A DNA stretch of 63,645 nucleotides, the filler included, from Hyphochytrium catenoides (Eukaryota > Protista > Hyphochytriomycota): assembly GCA_900088475.1 (NCBI GenBank). It is 8 parts of 8 records of this genome, joined end to end, with 100 filler letters (N's around TTAATTAATTAA, not from the genome) between each part and the next. Parts side by side here need not be neighbours in the genome. Positions count along the whole stretch, not along the records: positions 15,707 to 41,442 come from FLMG01002142.1; 7 more parts are not named here. One strand, written 5' to 3'. Positions 25,196-39,387 of the stretch are shown here, piece after piece. How positions within the stretch are numbered: position 1 is the first letter of the stretch; each line of letters starts with the position of its first letter. A model generated the notes under the pieces. The model was not told the origin of the DNA. It saw nothing but the letters and a program-made list of their open reading frames with translations, and did no database searches. The position numbers and the translations under genes are program-made.

Positions 25196-27543
25196 CCCTT
25201 CTTCCCCTTTCTTCCCCTAGTATCGGTGTATCTAGTTTTCCCCTCTCACCATCCCTACGGCCCATTGTGCAGGTAACAGTCATAACACAACGATTACGGC
25301 GCTAGACGTCGGATGGAACGCTATTGGTGATGCGGGCGCGCGAGCTCTGGGAGAGAGTCTCAAGACCAATACGTCTCTCTCTCTTCTCAATCTAGGTTGG
25401 AACGCCTACATCGGAGATGAGGGCGCCAAGGCCTTGGCACAAGGGTAAGAAGCGCTACGTCCGCATGCAAGGAAGAGAGGCAGACATAGAGAGGGAGAGA
25501 GACGATTGGGAACAAATGTTGGCTGACAGAGCACAAGAGATGTATCATTGCTTCATTCAGCTATAGTAAGATATTCTGAGAGAAATAAGAGAGATATGCC
25601 TATGAAGAGAGAAAGAAATGGAGGAGGAAGACTGAGATAGGAGAAACCATTGACAGCACAGGGAGTTGCGAGATTATCAAGCCTTGGTAATAGCTCACCC
25701 ATGGCTGCTCGAGCGATGCTTATAGCCTCTAATCTCCCTCTGTCTCTCTCTCACTGTTGCTCGACGCTTTGTCTCTCTCTTGCCTTTCAGCCTCAAGCTC
25801 AACACCAACCTCACAAACCTGGATCTGAGAGGGAACTGCATAGGAAATGACGGAGCTGAGGCTCTGTCTGAGGCGCTCCAACTGAACTTCTCTCTCCTGG
25901 AGCTTCCTCTCATCTCTAACAGCTTCATCGCCTCCAAAACTCTCACAGCTATTCACCTTGAGCTCAGAAAAAATAGTCGGCCAACAGGTACTTTACGCTC
26001 CTCGCGAACTTCTCTCTCTTGTTCTCCCTCTCCATCTTCTTTGGCCTCTTCTCTCTCGCGCGCGTGTGCCTATGCATCTTTCCCTCGGCCGACAGGTCCT
26101 TTCTTCTATTTACGCTCTTCCCGACACCCTACTCTCTTTCTCGCGCTCCCCCTTCCTCTTTCCCCTGCCCCTTTTTTTCTATCTCTCCTCCCTTTCTTTG
26201 TTGCTCTCTGTCCACTCTCTCCTTGCTCTCTCTCTCTCTCTCTCTCTCCTTCTTCTGCTCTTGTGCTACTGCGTCTGTTGCTCTCACTAAAAACGCCACT
26301 TCCTAACCTATTGCCTCCTATAATTCTCTCTCTTTTCTCTTTCTCCTCTCCTTCTGTCTCCTTTGTATGGCCTGTACCCTTGCAGAGGCAGCAAAGAAAG
26401 AAGCGCTGTACAGACAATGGATGCAGCAGCATCGAGGGAGTCAGACGGCAGTAGACGAGAATCTTTACCGCGGAGACGACTCGTTCTTGGACGGCAGCGA
26501 AGGTGGAGCATATTTTTTCTCTTCATCTTTTAAGCAATCTTCCTCGTCAACTCCAAATGTTCCTTATTTTCCGGGCTGCTTACGCAATTTCTTCTCGCTC
26601 GGGCAAGAATACTTTCGGCTGTGCCATTCTACAGTCTTCGGACGTCTCTGCTGACCCTCTCGCTGTCTCCCTCCTCCTTCTCTCTCTCTCTCTCTCACTC
26701 TCTTGGTTACCGCTAATCGCGGCTACATCCTTCCTCTCTGGTCCGCCCACGTCCGTGTCTTGGGAAATAGTCTCTTTCACTTCGGTGTCAGAGCACTCCA
26801 ACAACAGCTTTGTCAAAGGAAAGCTCAAGAAGATTGTCAAGGCAGCGCGACGGCCAAGTGTAGAACACAGCGGAAGGTCCAGCGCAAGAATGAGCCTGGA
26901 CAGCTCCATTGTCTCTCTCTCCGAGCAGGCTGAGAAGAAGAGGGAGCTTCTTAGACGAGGAGGAGGCGGGAGAGATGGAAGGAGAGAAGGAGACGTCTAT
27001 CCCACGTTTAGGTCAAGTGACACGCTCCCTCGGAGGGTCTCTGTGCAGGAAGATGAGGACATTAGTGCGGCAGAGCTCCTCAGGAGAGACGTCATCCCTC
27101 CTTCTCTTTCCCCTTCTTTCCCACGAAGGAGTCAGAAAGACTTTCTTCCGCCTTCCTCGTCGCCTGCTCGAGCTGATAAGGGACGGGCCCCGTTCACGGT
27201 GGAGCCGGTGAGAGTCCAGATCCCTGCGTCTTCTTCTCCTGCCAGTTCGTCCGGAAGGCTGTGGAGCTCTATGAAGCAAAAGAAGGAGGAAAGCGACAGC
27301 AGAAGTAAGAAGAAAGAGGGTGGTCTGAAGGGAAGGGAGAGCAGAGACAATGCCAAGCCACAGCAGGACATCTCTCGGTCGAGCTCTTTCACTAGTGACT
27401 CCACTATGGGCAGCAGCTTTCAGTCTCCGGTCTTCTCCTCCGATAATGCTGTTGAAAGAGGACAAGCGACGCCACCGAAGCGATCAAAGAGGAAATCGGT
27501 ACGCTTCGAGTCACCTCTGAGTCCGGTACCGATGGTGGCGTAA
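22671..27543 (+). CDS. RNI-like leucine-rich-repeat protein (NLRC3/LRRC-type 28-aa repeats) with Ser-rich disordered C-terminus
   Basis: Exons encode repeats such as VTTLNLSKNEITATGASALSDCLK, LTFLNLEHNLIGNDGATALG and LTNLDLRGNCIGNDGAEALSEALQ. ATG 22671, stop 27543. Confidence 0.85.
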
Positions 27544-28049
27544 GTCCAGGGGACAAGCTGATCTATTATTGACCGCGAAGTAAAGCGCGAGAAGTTATTT
27601 ATGAGCCTCTAAGGAGGCCAGGACTTAGAGGGGACCACCTTCTAGCAGTACACGGAGTAAGACTAGCATCCATAGTAGACACTGTTAGTTTGATATCATA
27701 GAAATCTGGCAGCTGGCGTGCAGACCAGCATCTGATTAGATAAACTAGTGCAACAGCTTAGGAAGTAATCTCCTTCCTCTGGTTCTTACTATCCGGTCCC
27801 CTTCCCAGCGATATACGCCTAGCCAGTGCTGGGCTGGCACTTAATAACTTCATATCCTCAGTGGGAGGCTTCACAAATGCCAGTGAAGCTTCTCGGGGTG
27901 GATTCCATCTAAAATCCAGTGCTGTCACTAATTAGCAGCTGGGCAGTATGGTTCCGATAGTCTCAGCAGAGCCCAAACAAATCTTCAGAAGCTCGTCCGG
28001 AGCGCCGGAGCGTCTGGGAAAAGCTTCAGAAAGGAGCCAACCGTTATAC

Positions 28050-28290
28050 CAAAAGACCGTGGCCGTTAGCGACTCCTTTGCGTGATTCGGAATAAAATGA
28101 ACATTGCAGAAAGTATTTTACAAAGAGAGTACACGATATCCAGAATATGTTCTGCATCTTCCAGCACAACCAAATCCGGGCACTAGCCGTTTGCAGCGTC
28201 TGTGACCCTGTTAGAGGAGGGCCAGTATCAGGGCCACTGTAATGTAGCACTGCTGACCCCTGTAGACAGATGTATAGATTTATTCCTACG
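28050..28290 (-). pseudogene. Possible decayed LINE 3' fragment (CCHC zinc knuckle)
   Basis: Frameshifted HRRCKR / CPDLVVLEDAEHI / SCTLF resembles the C-x2-C...E-x3-H...C knuckle of non-LTR ORF2. The segment lacks microsatellites. Confidence 0.3.
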
Positions 28291-28379
28291 TCGGTTAGCT
28301 AGTGAGGGAAGCGACGTGACCAAAACTCCTCTAGAAGGGGAAGAGAGAGACAGAGGGGAAAAGAGAGAGAGAGAGAGAG

Positions 28380-28435
<56 letters not shown>

Positions 28436-28791
28436 TGTGAGAGAGAGTCGACGAGAGACAGACAGAGGGAGGTTGAGAGAGAGAGAGAGAGAGAGAAAAA
28501 GCGATGGGCGAGCAGGAGAGGAAGACCGAGAGAGAGAGGGGAAGGTCAAGATCCCGCATATGTTGTCAGCCTCTTCCCATCTCCACCTCTATTTCTCTCT
28601 CTCTCTCACATCAGCCTTCCTCATCAACAGCAGCAGCCGGAGCTCTGAAGACAGACAGAAAGCCATCGTCTACTCAGGAGACATTCTCACGCTCTTCTAC
28701 TGTCCGAGAAGGAGACAAGAGGACCCTACACGACTCCACGAGAGAGAGAGAAAGAGAAAAAGAGAGAGAGATACAAGGAAGAGAAGTAGAG

Positions 28792-29103
28792 ATGTCAGCT
28801 GCGCAACCAGACACCGCTACAAATCCTCCTCCTGCAGCTGCTCCTGCAGTTGACGGAGGTGACATCGCACCGCTCTCTAACTCTCTTATCGCTGAACTGG
28901 AAAAGCCCGAGTCGAGCCCTGGCAAGCTGAAAACTGCAGAAGAGATGCTCAGCCAGTTGAAAGCCGATAACACGCAAGTCCATCTCAAGGTAGACGCACC
29001 GGCTGGAGCCATTGGTACCCAGAGCACTTCTCCTGTGCAGCACACAGCCGCGATGATTGAACGCACTCCTTCGGAAAAAGAAGACCCTTTCGCCAACCTC
29101 TAA
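28792..29103 (+). CDS. Small intronless disordered protein (103 aa)
   Basis: MSAAQPDTATNPPPAAAP...EKEDPFANL, a coding-like island between GA-rich flanks. Confidence 0.6.
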   Translation: MSAAQPDTATNPPPAAAPAVDGGDIAPLSNSLIAELEKPESSPGKLKTAEEMLSQLKADNTQVHLKVDAPAGAIGTQSTSPVQHTAAMIERTPSEKEDPFANL

Positions 29104-29539
29104 AGAGAGACACATCTGATAGGGACAGAAAGAGAGAGACAGAGCCTGACTGTTGACGGGAAGATAGTAGCTTGGCTGCGTAGGAATTGGCCCTCTCTCG
29201 CTCTCCTGGGAGACAGGGCTGAGTGACTGACAGGCCAGACAGATCTGAAGCGCTCAGAGTCTAAAGTGAAGATTGTCGGAAATTATATTTTTATTGGAAA
29301 GAAGTGACAGAGAAGAGTTTTTTGAGCCCTGACGAGCTGTCAGAGACTCTTTCTAAGAGGCAGGAGCAAAGCGTGCCCTGCCCTTCTAGAAAGACTAAGA
29401 ATGGACAGCTAAGGGAGAGAGAGAGAGAGAGGGACAGAAAAGAGAGAGGGAGAGAGTGTGTGAAGAAACCTAGCGTCTAGAAGCCATCGCCATGGCGTAG
29501 GCCTTTGGTCGCGTCCTGTTCTGATCCACGGAGGCGACC

Positions 29540-32335
29540 TCAGGCTCCAACCTCTTGTTCGCCTTGCGCCGGTACTAAGAGAGAGAGAGAGACGAAGAGA
29601 GAGAAAATATTTCTTAGCCAGAAGGAGAAGAGAGAAGGCTCCTGGTCAACATTCACGTCCGGCCCAGATAGTCCGAGTTTGGCTCTGTGTCTTATCTTCT
29701 GTCTCCTTTCGCGTTTCTTTATTTTTGCCCTTGGTCCTCTCTCTTCCCATTCATCACAGTCTGTCAGTCTCTTTCTCCTTTCTCTCTCTCTTCCCTCTTC
29801 TCTCCCGATCCTTTGACGCATCCATCTCCCCCGGTGAACTTACGTGGTCGATAATCTTTACCACGACTCCGTCTTTCAGCCCATAGTCGCGAGCAAGTGC
29901 TTGGACCACCCTAAGTTCAGGACAGAAGAGAAAGGAGAGAGGAACGTGCTCAGAAGAGGTAATCGTAAGAAGAGAGAGACAGCGAGAGTTGTGCTCTGTA
30001 CCTGGATGGCCATCGTTTGATGTGGAACGGCCTTGTGAGTGCGATTTTCATGGAGTTCCGGAAACCTTTCCGTTGCTACGGCGACCAAATGGAAAGAGTC
30101 GAACAGAGAGAGAGCGTGTGAAAGCCAGAGAGAGACGGACGGTGAGATAAACGGTAACATAGGAGAAACAAATAACCAGAAACAGCCTAAAGATTGATAA
30201 TCGGAAAGAAGAGAGAGACAGACAGAGAGGCAGAGAGAGAGAGAAAGAAGCGGAAAGAGAGAGATAGTGGTTCTAGAGAACATATGCTGAGGGCAGGATC
30301 ACTTTGAACAGCTACGGCGGAAAAAAGAGATGATCTTTCTCACAACACTTTCTCTCTCTTTACTCTCTGGCCTTTCACCCTTTCGTGACCACTTATCCGT
30401 CTTGGTCACACCTTCTCTCTCACTCTCCTCTCCCACTCTTTCTCCAACTTCCCCTTCTTGATACCCTCTCCTCCTTTGACGAAGAGGCCCGGAAATGCCT
30501 AAGCTTAGTCTCATTCCCCAGTCTTACGCTCATCTCTTCCTTCTTCTTGAGTATCTTCTGTAGGACGTGCTCGACCGCGGTCCGCGCGATCAGCTGCACG
30601 CGCTTCACATCCGCCTCATGGTTTCCCATAATGCTGCACAGCGTATAAAGAGGAGACGGGAAGAGAAGAGAGGAGAGAGAGAGAGTGAAACATTAAGACG
30701 ACCAGCGGTTCATGACACACACTAAAGAAGCACCGTGGGTGTACAAAAGGAAGGAGAAAGAGAGAGAGACAGAAAGAGAGAGAAGATGACTGCCCTGGCT
30801 AAAAGAGGGCCTCCCCATCCCCTCACATCAAGAGAAGCAGAGAGAAAGGAGGGATATAGACAAATGGTAACGAGAGTAACCAAGGAAAGGAAGAAGACAA
30901 GGGAAAGCAAAAGTCGTGGGAAAACGTACGTTATCCAGTCGTGCCTCAGCATCTTTCTGCCTATCTCCTCCACCTTCAGATTCTGCACGATGAAGGGATG
31001 CTTCAGGGCTTCTGCTGCAGAGATTCTATGGATAAGACGTGAGAGAGTGAGAGAGAAGGGAGCGAGAGAGGCCAAGGAGAGAGAGAGAGTGAGATTGATA
31101 TGTCGATAGATAGAGATTGTGGTCTTCTTCTTCTTACCTTTGCTTAGGATCTCTTTCTAGAAGACAGCGCAGCACAAAATCTCTAAAATCTGGGGAGAAT
31201 GCTCTGGGAAGGGGTGGGAGAGGGTCGTGGCACTAGAAGAGGAAGCATAGAGAGAGAGTCAGAGAGAGCGCACAGGGTGAGGCCATCGGCAACCCTAAGC
31301 AACACTCATTATCCTTCCTCAAGGAGACCACTAGAAGGCGAGAGAAGAGCAAGAGGGTTAAGCAAGGACAAAATGCTGCCAAACTGTCGAGTGGCTTGCG
31401 TCTCTCCGTCCTCTTTATCTCTGTCATATTTTCTCTCTCTCTCGTTTAACATATTAAGTGCTTACAATGGCTTCTTCGACGCCAAAGAAGCCCTCGCTGA
31501 GGTCGAAGGGGAACTTCCCCAGGGCGAGAGAGAAGAGAACGAGACCGATAGACCAAACGTCTGAAGGGTAAGAGTACTCTCCTCCTAGGATACGCTCCGG
31601 CGCCATGTAGATCATTGTTCCTTGGAACTCTATAAGGCCCAAGAGTCAGACAGTAGGGTTACCTACCCTTAAAAGAGAGAGGAAGAGGCCGGAGAAGAGA
31701 GAAGACCAGCACAGGGCACGCAGAAGTCCCTGCATTCTTTGTTTCGCCCTTTGGCGCTGTCTCTCGCTTCTCTCCGTGCCAGACTCCCCTCCCGCCGCTA
31801 TTCTCCAGCTTAGCTCTTCCTCTTGTCTTATCTCTTTCTGCATATTTGGCTGCCTCTCTCCATTCTCCGTCTGTCACTTTCTCTCTTCTTCCCTGCTAAC
31901 AGACATTCACTTGTGTCGCCAGCGCCCTCTTACCTCGTGCATGGGCTGTGGTTCCCGCGAGAGTAGTCGCAAGCCCAAAATCAGAAATCTGTAAGAGGAG
32001 TTAGCACGAACGGCAAGGATAGGATGCAAAGGTGAAGGTTCTACGAGCAAAAAGCAATAGGAGTCAGGAGTTAGAAAGAGAGCGAGAGAAAGAGAGAGAG
32101 AGAAAGAGGGGGCGACGGATCGACGTCAGAAATGTCCGCACCTTGACATCACCTCTATAGTTAACAAGGAGGTTGGCTGGTTTGATATCTCTATGAACCA
32201 TCCTGAAAGCAATAGCGCAGACGTAAGCGGACCCTGTAACTTCTCTCCTATCCTCTCCTCTCACCCTCTTCTCGGTCAGAGCTACTGACAACCACAAAAC
32301 TGTGAAAGGAAGGAGGAAAATGCCCTCCTATATAC

Positions 32336-32371
<36 letters not shown>

Positions 32372-35300
32372 AAGACACTCTGCTCTTGCTGTGTACCTTT
32401 GTTTGTGAAGGTACGCAAGAGCTGAGAGGGCGGAGTGAGCAATGTGCGCTAAGATGATCTCATTTTTGATGCCGCCACGGTCCAGAATATCCTAAGGAGG
32501 CAATACAGGAGGATATAGAAAAGGCATCAGACACGTTGTGAAGAGAATGAGCGCAGACGCAAACACCAGGTGAACGCAAGGAAGGCGTGTGGCTAGGCAG
32601 CCGAGCGAAAGGAAAGGAACAAAAGAGCGAGAGCAATGAGCCTAGCAGACACTAAGAAAGAGAAAGCATCCCCCGTTTATCTATTGAGGACGGACATCTA
32701 AGACGAAGCGAAAAAGAAGTGCTGACAAGAGGGTGAGAGGCAACGGAAAGAGGGGAGAGGGAGAAAGGGAGAGAGAGAGAATAGAGGATGTTAGGGTTCA
32801 AACCTGGAGGCATCCTCCATCCATGTACTCGATGACAAGATCCACACAGCTCTCCTGAGGCTTCGCATAAGCGCCGTAGAAACCCACGATGTAAGGGCAA
32901 ATGTGCTCTCTGAAGACAAAAGACGGCGTAGAAACAAGAAGACTTACTTCTCTTCTCTTTCTCGATATTTGGCCCAAACCTTCTCTCTCTCTCTCTCTCT
33001 TCTGGTGTCCTCCTCTCCATGCCTCACTTCTAGCCAAGCGTTTGGCTGCTCCAGAAGGGAGACCCTACCTGCCAATATTCTCCTGAGAGAGAAACTGAAG
33101 TCCGAATGGTCCTGTTTTGACTTCGATGGGAACCTGGAAGAGAAAGGTGAGGAACCGGTCAGGATAAAAAGGAGGTGCAAGGTCCACGAACGCAGTCTCA
33201 TAATGTGGAGGAGACAGCAACGAGGGTGAGGTGGAAGGTAGAGAGAACTGAGGAATTGAGAGAATGAGAGAGAGAGAGATTTCGGTGGCATTCAGCCAAG
33301 ACCCGAAAGGATGTGAAGAGAGAGTGAGAGGCCCAAAAAGAGGAACTGATAACATTCCACTCCAATCAATTTTTCTCCTCTTTTGCTGACTCTTTTGATC
33401 TCCCTCCGTTCCTCTCTCATTCTTACCAGGTTCTCATGCAGTCCTCTCAGCTCCTGCATGACCATCGCCTGGTGCTCCTCCTTATATACCTGCAGCCGCT
33501 TCACGGCCACCAGCTTCAGGGTGGGAACGTAGAGCGCCATGTACACCACTCCTGACGCTCCACGCCCTAGCTCCTAATTCGTGAGAGAGAAAGAGAGAAA
33601 GAGGGAGAGAGAGGAGAGAAAAGGGAACGCGAGTGTGAGAGAGAGAGACAAAAGACCACCCTTCAAATAGAGAATCTTGAGAAAGCAAACGACAAGCACA
33701 ACGAAAGGAGCCAAAAGCCCAACAAAGATGAAAGACGTTCTCTAACAAAGATGGGAGGTATTTTGGAGATGTAGGTCGATGTGCAACTTAAAAATGCAGA
33801 GAAAAGAGCACAGGAGAAGAGAAGGGAGAGAAGGCAAATAAAGGTAGAAGAGAGAACCTTAAGAAGTATAATGCTCTCTCCCAAATGCATTGGACCCGCT
33901 CGTTCTGCAGCTTCAAAGCTCTGCTCCTTCAGTATGTCCAGCTCCTCAGGAGACAGCGGCATATAGAAGTTTCCATCTTCTTGGTGAGCTTCAGCAGCAG
34001 AGTTGAGTAAGGAAATAAGGAAGGGGGGGAGGAGAGGGGGAATGAACGGGGAGCGGGGGAGGAGTCCGAGAGAGAGAAAGGGACGGAAGGGAGGGTTGAG
34101 GAGAGAGAGAGAGAGAGAGAGAAGAAAAAGGGGAAGAGAGAAAGGGGGAGAGGCAAAAAGCGGGAAAGGGAGTGGAAGAGAAAGAGAAAGAGACCCCAGC
34201 GAGAAAGGGTGAAAATGTGAGACAGTGACAAAGCAGAGACTGTAAAGACGAGATAGAGTCTCGCCGTTTCCTATTCTTTCTCCCTTGACTTTCTTCATCT
34301 TTCCTCCGCCACTTACGAGAACACTCCCATGCTCTGCACCTCCTCTCCCCCACTACGAATCTATTCCTTACTCAATCTTTTTATCCTCTCTTTCAGAGAG
34401 AAGTTCTGAGACTCTTACCCGGTGGATGACCTTCATACAGCTGACCTTGGGGAGAGAGACGGCCACTGTCACTGCCTATATGGTGATGTGAATCATGCAG
34501 TAAACGAGCAGTGAAAGAGGAAAGGGAGATGTAGATAGGACAGAGCCGATATCCAGCAGGCGAGAGATCGTCTGAGAGAAAGAGGGAAGCAGAGAAGAAG
34601 AACGGAAGAGCAAGAGACACAAGGAGAGAAAACTTGGTGAAGAGAGAGACAGAGAAAGATCTTTGACCCCTTACCTCTCCCTCCTTGTTCGTAAAAAGCC
34701 CCACTGTTTCTCCTTAGACCCTCAATCTTCGGGGTCATTTGTGGAGAGAAGAGCTGTGGAGACTCTGTGGCAGCCTCGGGAGAGGAGGACAATGAGCTGC
34801 CCTGACTATAGGAGATAGACGGCCGAGCCTAGCGAAACAGAAGCGGGGCAAGAGAGAGTAGGTGTGAGTGAGAAAGAGAGGAAGATAAGAGAGAGGAGAG
34901 GAAGTAAGTAGGAAAGGCTATTCAAGTGGGAGCCGAAGAGTCGCATCGGCCATTCCAATTCCTCGGAGAGAGAGAGACTGAAAGAGAGAAGAGAAAATTG
35001 CATGGCAGCGAAAGGAAGAGTGACGGGTTGAAGCCTAAGCAAGAAATATGCCCTCTCAGGAAGAAGCCCAGGAGAGAGAAAGGAGACTGGGAAGAGAAAG
35101 AACAAATGGAGATTGCGAGAGAGAGGGAGGCGTACCATAGAGACGATGCCGTTAACAGACAACTGCAGCTTGAGAGGAGGCTTCATTCTCGTCTGTGAGG
35201 CTCGGGCTTGCCTGTCTCTCCCATTCTCTTCCACCTTCTTCACTTCTTCTTCCTTCCTGTTGTTGAAAGGAAGAGAACGCGAAACGGAAGATGGGAAGCC

Positions 35301-37682
35301 CTCTTCTCTTTCAAGAGAGAACGCGCGTCGGGTTGGCGGCTCCACGCCTAGAATATCTGCTATAGGTGTTTGGGGAGGTGCCACAGGGGAGAGAACTCCT
35401 AATGGACAACATATTGAGAGAAAAAGATCGACATGGAGAGACGGAAGGGAGCGAGGAAAAGAGAGACAGAAAGAGATCGAGGGTGTTAGAATGGCACAAG
35501 CAATAGTCTAAGGACACTGAAATTAGGGAGCAGAGGATGATTCTTTATAGCCTCCTGACCCTTAGAGAATGTAGGGGAGAAGAATGTAGGTGAGAAGCCC
35601 ACCCTTAGTGGGAGCTGAGGAAAAGATGGAGAGAGAAAAGTAGCAAAAGAGAGAGAGAGAGACGGACAAGAGGAAGGAAAAGAGAGAGAGCGCCCGGAGA
35701 GAAAGAAGAACTCCATTTTGTGACGACTTCTGAGGCTGGAGACGATAGATGAGCATCAACTTGAAAGGTTAGAGCAAGAAATAAGATGGGAACAGAGATT
35801 AGGGGAAGCGACAGAGAGAGAGAGAGCACGAGAGAGAGAGAGGGAAGAGAAGAGAGAACGAGAGTCTTACTGGGACTGGGAAGCTTGACTTTCTCTTGCT
35901 TCCTCAGTCTCTCCGAGTCAGAAAGCTGTAGGCTGTTCGGTCTTCGGTCCGCTACCCCTTCCTCTAACCCTGTTCGATCCATTGCCAAGGAGGAGAGAGG
36001 TGTCTCTCGTAGGAACGAAGAGTGAGAAGAGAGACGAATGATGTCTCTCGCCGCTTTGTGAAGTCTCTCATTCTTTCGCGTGGGGCCGCGCCGCCGCATG
36101 TGAGAAGCAAGGGCAGCGTCCCTCACGACATCTGAAAGGTGAGTTGTACGAAGCCTCTCTCCTCCGACCTGCCTCTGCACAATAAAGAAAGAGTCAGCGC
36201 AGGCACGAGTAAGAAAGGGACAACAAACCAGATGGCGATAGAAAGAAAGAAAGAGAGAAAGAGAGAGAGAGAAAGAGACAGAAAGAAAGAAAAGAGAGAG
36301 AGGGAGAGAGAGAGAGAAAGAAGAAGAGGTGGTGAGAAGGAAATGCAGAAGGAGGATGGATCATAGGTTATGCACAAAGAAGGCAGGATGATAGGAATAT
36401 CTGCCGAGACCGTATGGCTAAGCGAGACAGAATGACGGATAGGGAGAGAGACAGAGAAGGAAGAGAGAGAGAGACAGACAGCAAGGATACCACGAGAAGG
36501 AAGGTTCAAGAGTCTTACAATTGTTCTTTCAGGTGTGTCCTTTGCCAACTTCAGCACGTCTAAGACTGTGGCATCAAAGCTGTAGCGGTCGGAGGGAGAG
36601 CGGCGAGAGAAAGGAGAAGAAGGAAGACACTCTACATCATCAAGGCTGCTCCCTCTATCTTTCTTCTCTCTCTTCTCTCTTGCTCCTCTGGCTTCTCTCT
36701 CTCCTGCACTCAGAAGCAGCTCCCAGTCTGAACTGATGCTTCTTACTCTCCTCGCTTTTCCTGGATAGAGAGGGGCAGGTGGAGAAGAAGATTGCAAGAG
36801 AGAGCCGCTTCCTCTCTCTTCTACGGGCTCACTTCTTGCAGAAAAAGCAGGAGAAGCTTTCTCTCTCTCCCAAAGAGTGAAGCGGCGGGTGAAGACAGGA
36901 CTGTGCGCTATTCCCAGGCTTTCCTGGTCGTCTGGGCCAACCTCGACCGTCATTAGGGGAGAGAGAGAGGGATCATTTCTCTCTCTTTGTTTCTTAGTAG
37001 AGGAGGACGAGGAGAGAGAGGCCCGGCGGGGAGTGGTATGGATGTCTCTCTCCCAGTGGTTCTCTTCATTGCCAAAGAGAGAGGAAGGTTCGTTGCGAGG
37101 CTTAAGACCCCGAAGTTCCGCGACAGAGCCGAGAGAGTAACGCATATTCTGTCTCTCTCCTGGTCCCCTTCTTCTCTCTTCGGCGCCAGGCGACCTACTC
37201 TCCAGACGTGAATCCGAGGCAAAGGAGAGAGAAGAAAGAAGATCCCCCAGTTCTCTTCTCTCTCTTCCACCCGATACATCTGCTCCAAGAGAGAGACGGC
37301 CCTGTGCTTCTTGAGCTCTTCTATGGAAAGACGCCGCCGCTGCTGCTGCAATCGCCGTGCGCGTGAACCTGGGCGACCTTGGCAAGTTGGGGACCTCCTT
37401 TCCCTCGATGACTGTTGACAATGCAGGTATCTTGGGTCTGCGAATAGGGAACGATCGTGTCTCTCTCTCTTTTTCTTCTCTCTCTTTCTCTCTTCCATCT
37501 GTCTCTCCTCCTCCAGGTCCTCGCTCCACCTGCAAGCCTTTGATGAAAGAGAGCGCAGGAGAAGCTCCTCCTAGGGCTACTTTGGACGTTGGAGGAGGAG
37601 AGAGAGAGGAGACGATCGAGGGAGAGGGAGAGGCGGCGAAGAGAGAGGAGGAAGCCCTCTCTTCAGGTGCTTTAGACCCCAT
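29540..37682 (-). CDS. MAP kinase kinase (STE7/MEK family) with long Ser/Arg-rich N-terminus and C-terminal extension
   Basis: Exons read LGRGASGVVYMA..VAVKR, CPYIVGFYGAY..IEYMDGGCLQ, MVHRDIKPANLLVNYRGDVK, ISDFGL..FQGTMIYMAPERI..YSYPSDVWSIG, FSPDFRDFVLRCL..DPKQRISAAEALKHPF. Terminal exons are approximate. Confidence 0.88.
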
Positions 37683-38428
37683 CGTAGGGTCAGGAAGGCG
37701 GCAGCAGAAGCCTCATCGCTTCACAGCAAGTGCCCTCCCTTCGTGCGTGGAGGAAAGAGAGCGACACAGACACACAAACAGGAAGAGAGAGAGAGAGAGA
37801 GAGAGAGAGNNNNNNNNNNNNNNNNNNNNNNNNNNNNNNNNNNNNNNNNNNNNNNNNNAGAGAGAGAGAGAGAGAAGAGAGACAGGAAACAAAAAGACAG
37901 TTCTTGACCGTTGATAAGCACTATGACGAGAAGGCAAGACGAGTTAAGACAAGAGTGATGACTTGGTACGGGGAGGGAGAAAGGAGGAGTACAAGAGAGA
38001 GGGAGAGAGACGAGAGAGAGAAAGAGAGAGGGAGAGAGGGGAGAGGGAGAGAGAGAGAGGGGAGAGAGAGACAGAGACAGAATGAGAGGCGGAGCGTGTC
38101 AAAGATTGGGTAGAGCAGTCTCAAATAGCTGTAGGCGATCACGTCACATGATCAGCGTTGAACAGAGGAAGCAAGGGAGAGAAGGCAGAAGGAAGAGACG
38201 GAGCCAGAGAAAGGCGGCCTAGCTTCCTACACGCTGTGTGGAGAGTAACAGAGAAAGGAAGAGAAGAAAATTGGCGATAACGATGCAGATGCAGATCTTA
38301 TAGAAGGTCTGGGGGCTAACGGGGGCGGCCAAAGATTCTTGTACCAGCGCGGAGGTCCAGGTGACTGAAGCAGCAACAAAGCAGAGGGAGAGGGAGGGAG
38401 AAATAGAGAGAGAGAGAGAGAGAGANNN

Positions 38429-38460
<32 letters not shown>

Positions 38461-39387
38461 GGAGAGAGAAAGAGAAAGACGAAGCGAGCACCTAAGAGAA
38501 GAGGCAGTGGGAGGAAGGAAAATTACAGCTCAACTTGAAAGGTTTAAAGCCTGGTAAGGTTTCCTATAGTAGTATAACATTCTTCAATGTTTCAATCTGT
38601 TGAAACATTCAAAGGTACAGGCTCAACAACTAGTTTTGGGTTTCCCTCTCTTCATCAGCTGCCTTGACAGACCCAATGCCAGTGCACTCACTCCTCTCTC
38701 CGACTCACATCATCTCTTTCCCAAATCGATAGAGATCTGGCGGAGTCATCATCGTCCGCAGCAACATAGAGAGAGGGCTTACCCTGTAGACACGAGGAGA
38801 TGAGAGAAAGAGGCTGCCCGGGAAGGGACAGGAGAGAGAGAGAGAGAGAGAGAGAGAAGATCGCATGCGGGGAAGAGTAGTCAAGGGCGAGAACATCCTC
38901 AATCTCCTGAGGTTATTAGCTTCAGTCTTGAGCGGGCTGTCCCTAGGGAAGTAGCAGACGGTAAAAATTGATTGCGGTCCCTTTCAGCTGATGTCCTTCC
39001 TTCGTTGCTCTAGAAATGGTCAGGGCAGCACTCGTGTTAATGTCTCTCTCTTCTCTCCTGGTTATCTTCCATCGCTCGCTCCTTCGTTTGTCGATCGTCT
39101 TGTTGCCTCTACGGACACTGTCTCTACTCTTCCTCAAGCTGCGGTGGAACTCTAGAGAGCCTGCATGTGTCTATAAAAGTGGTACATAATCTATGAGGAG
39201 ACAGTGGGGGGCATTCTCCTCCCTACTTGCTGACTAAAAGCCTAAACGCTGGCCTTGACTGCCAGCAGCCTCTTCCTTCTGCTTCATTTTCTCTGATCAG
39301 ATGGTCTTCCCACGGCTGTTCCTTGTGTCTCTCTTACACCGCTTCATCTTCTTGCTTGGCTCCGCCTTTCTCTCTCTCTCTCTTCAT

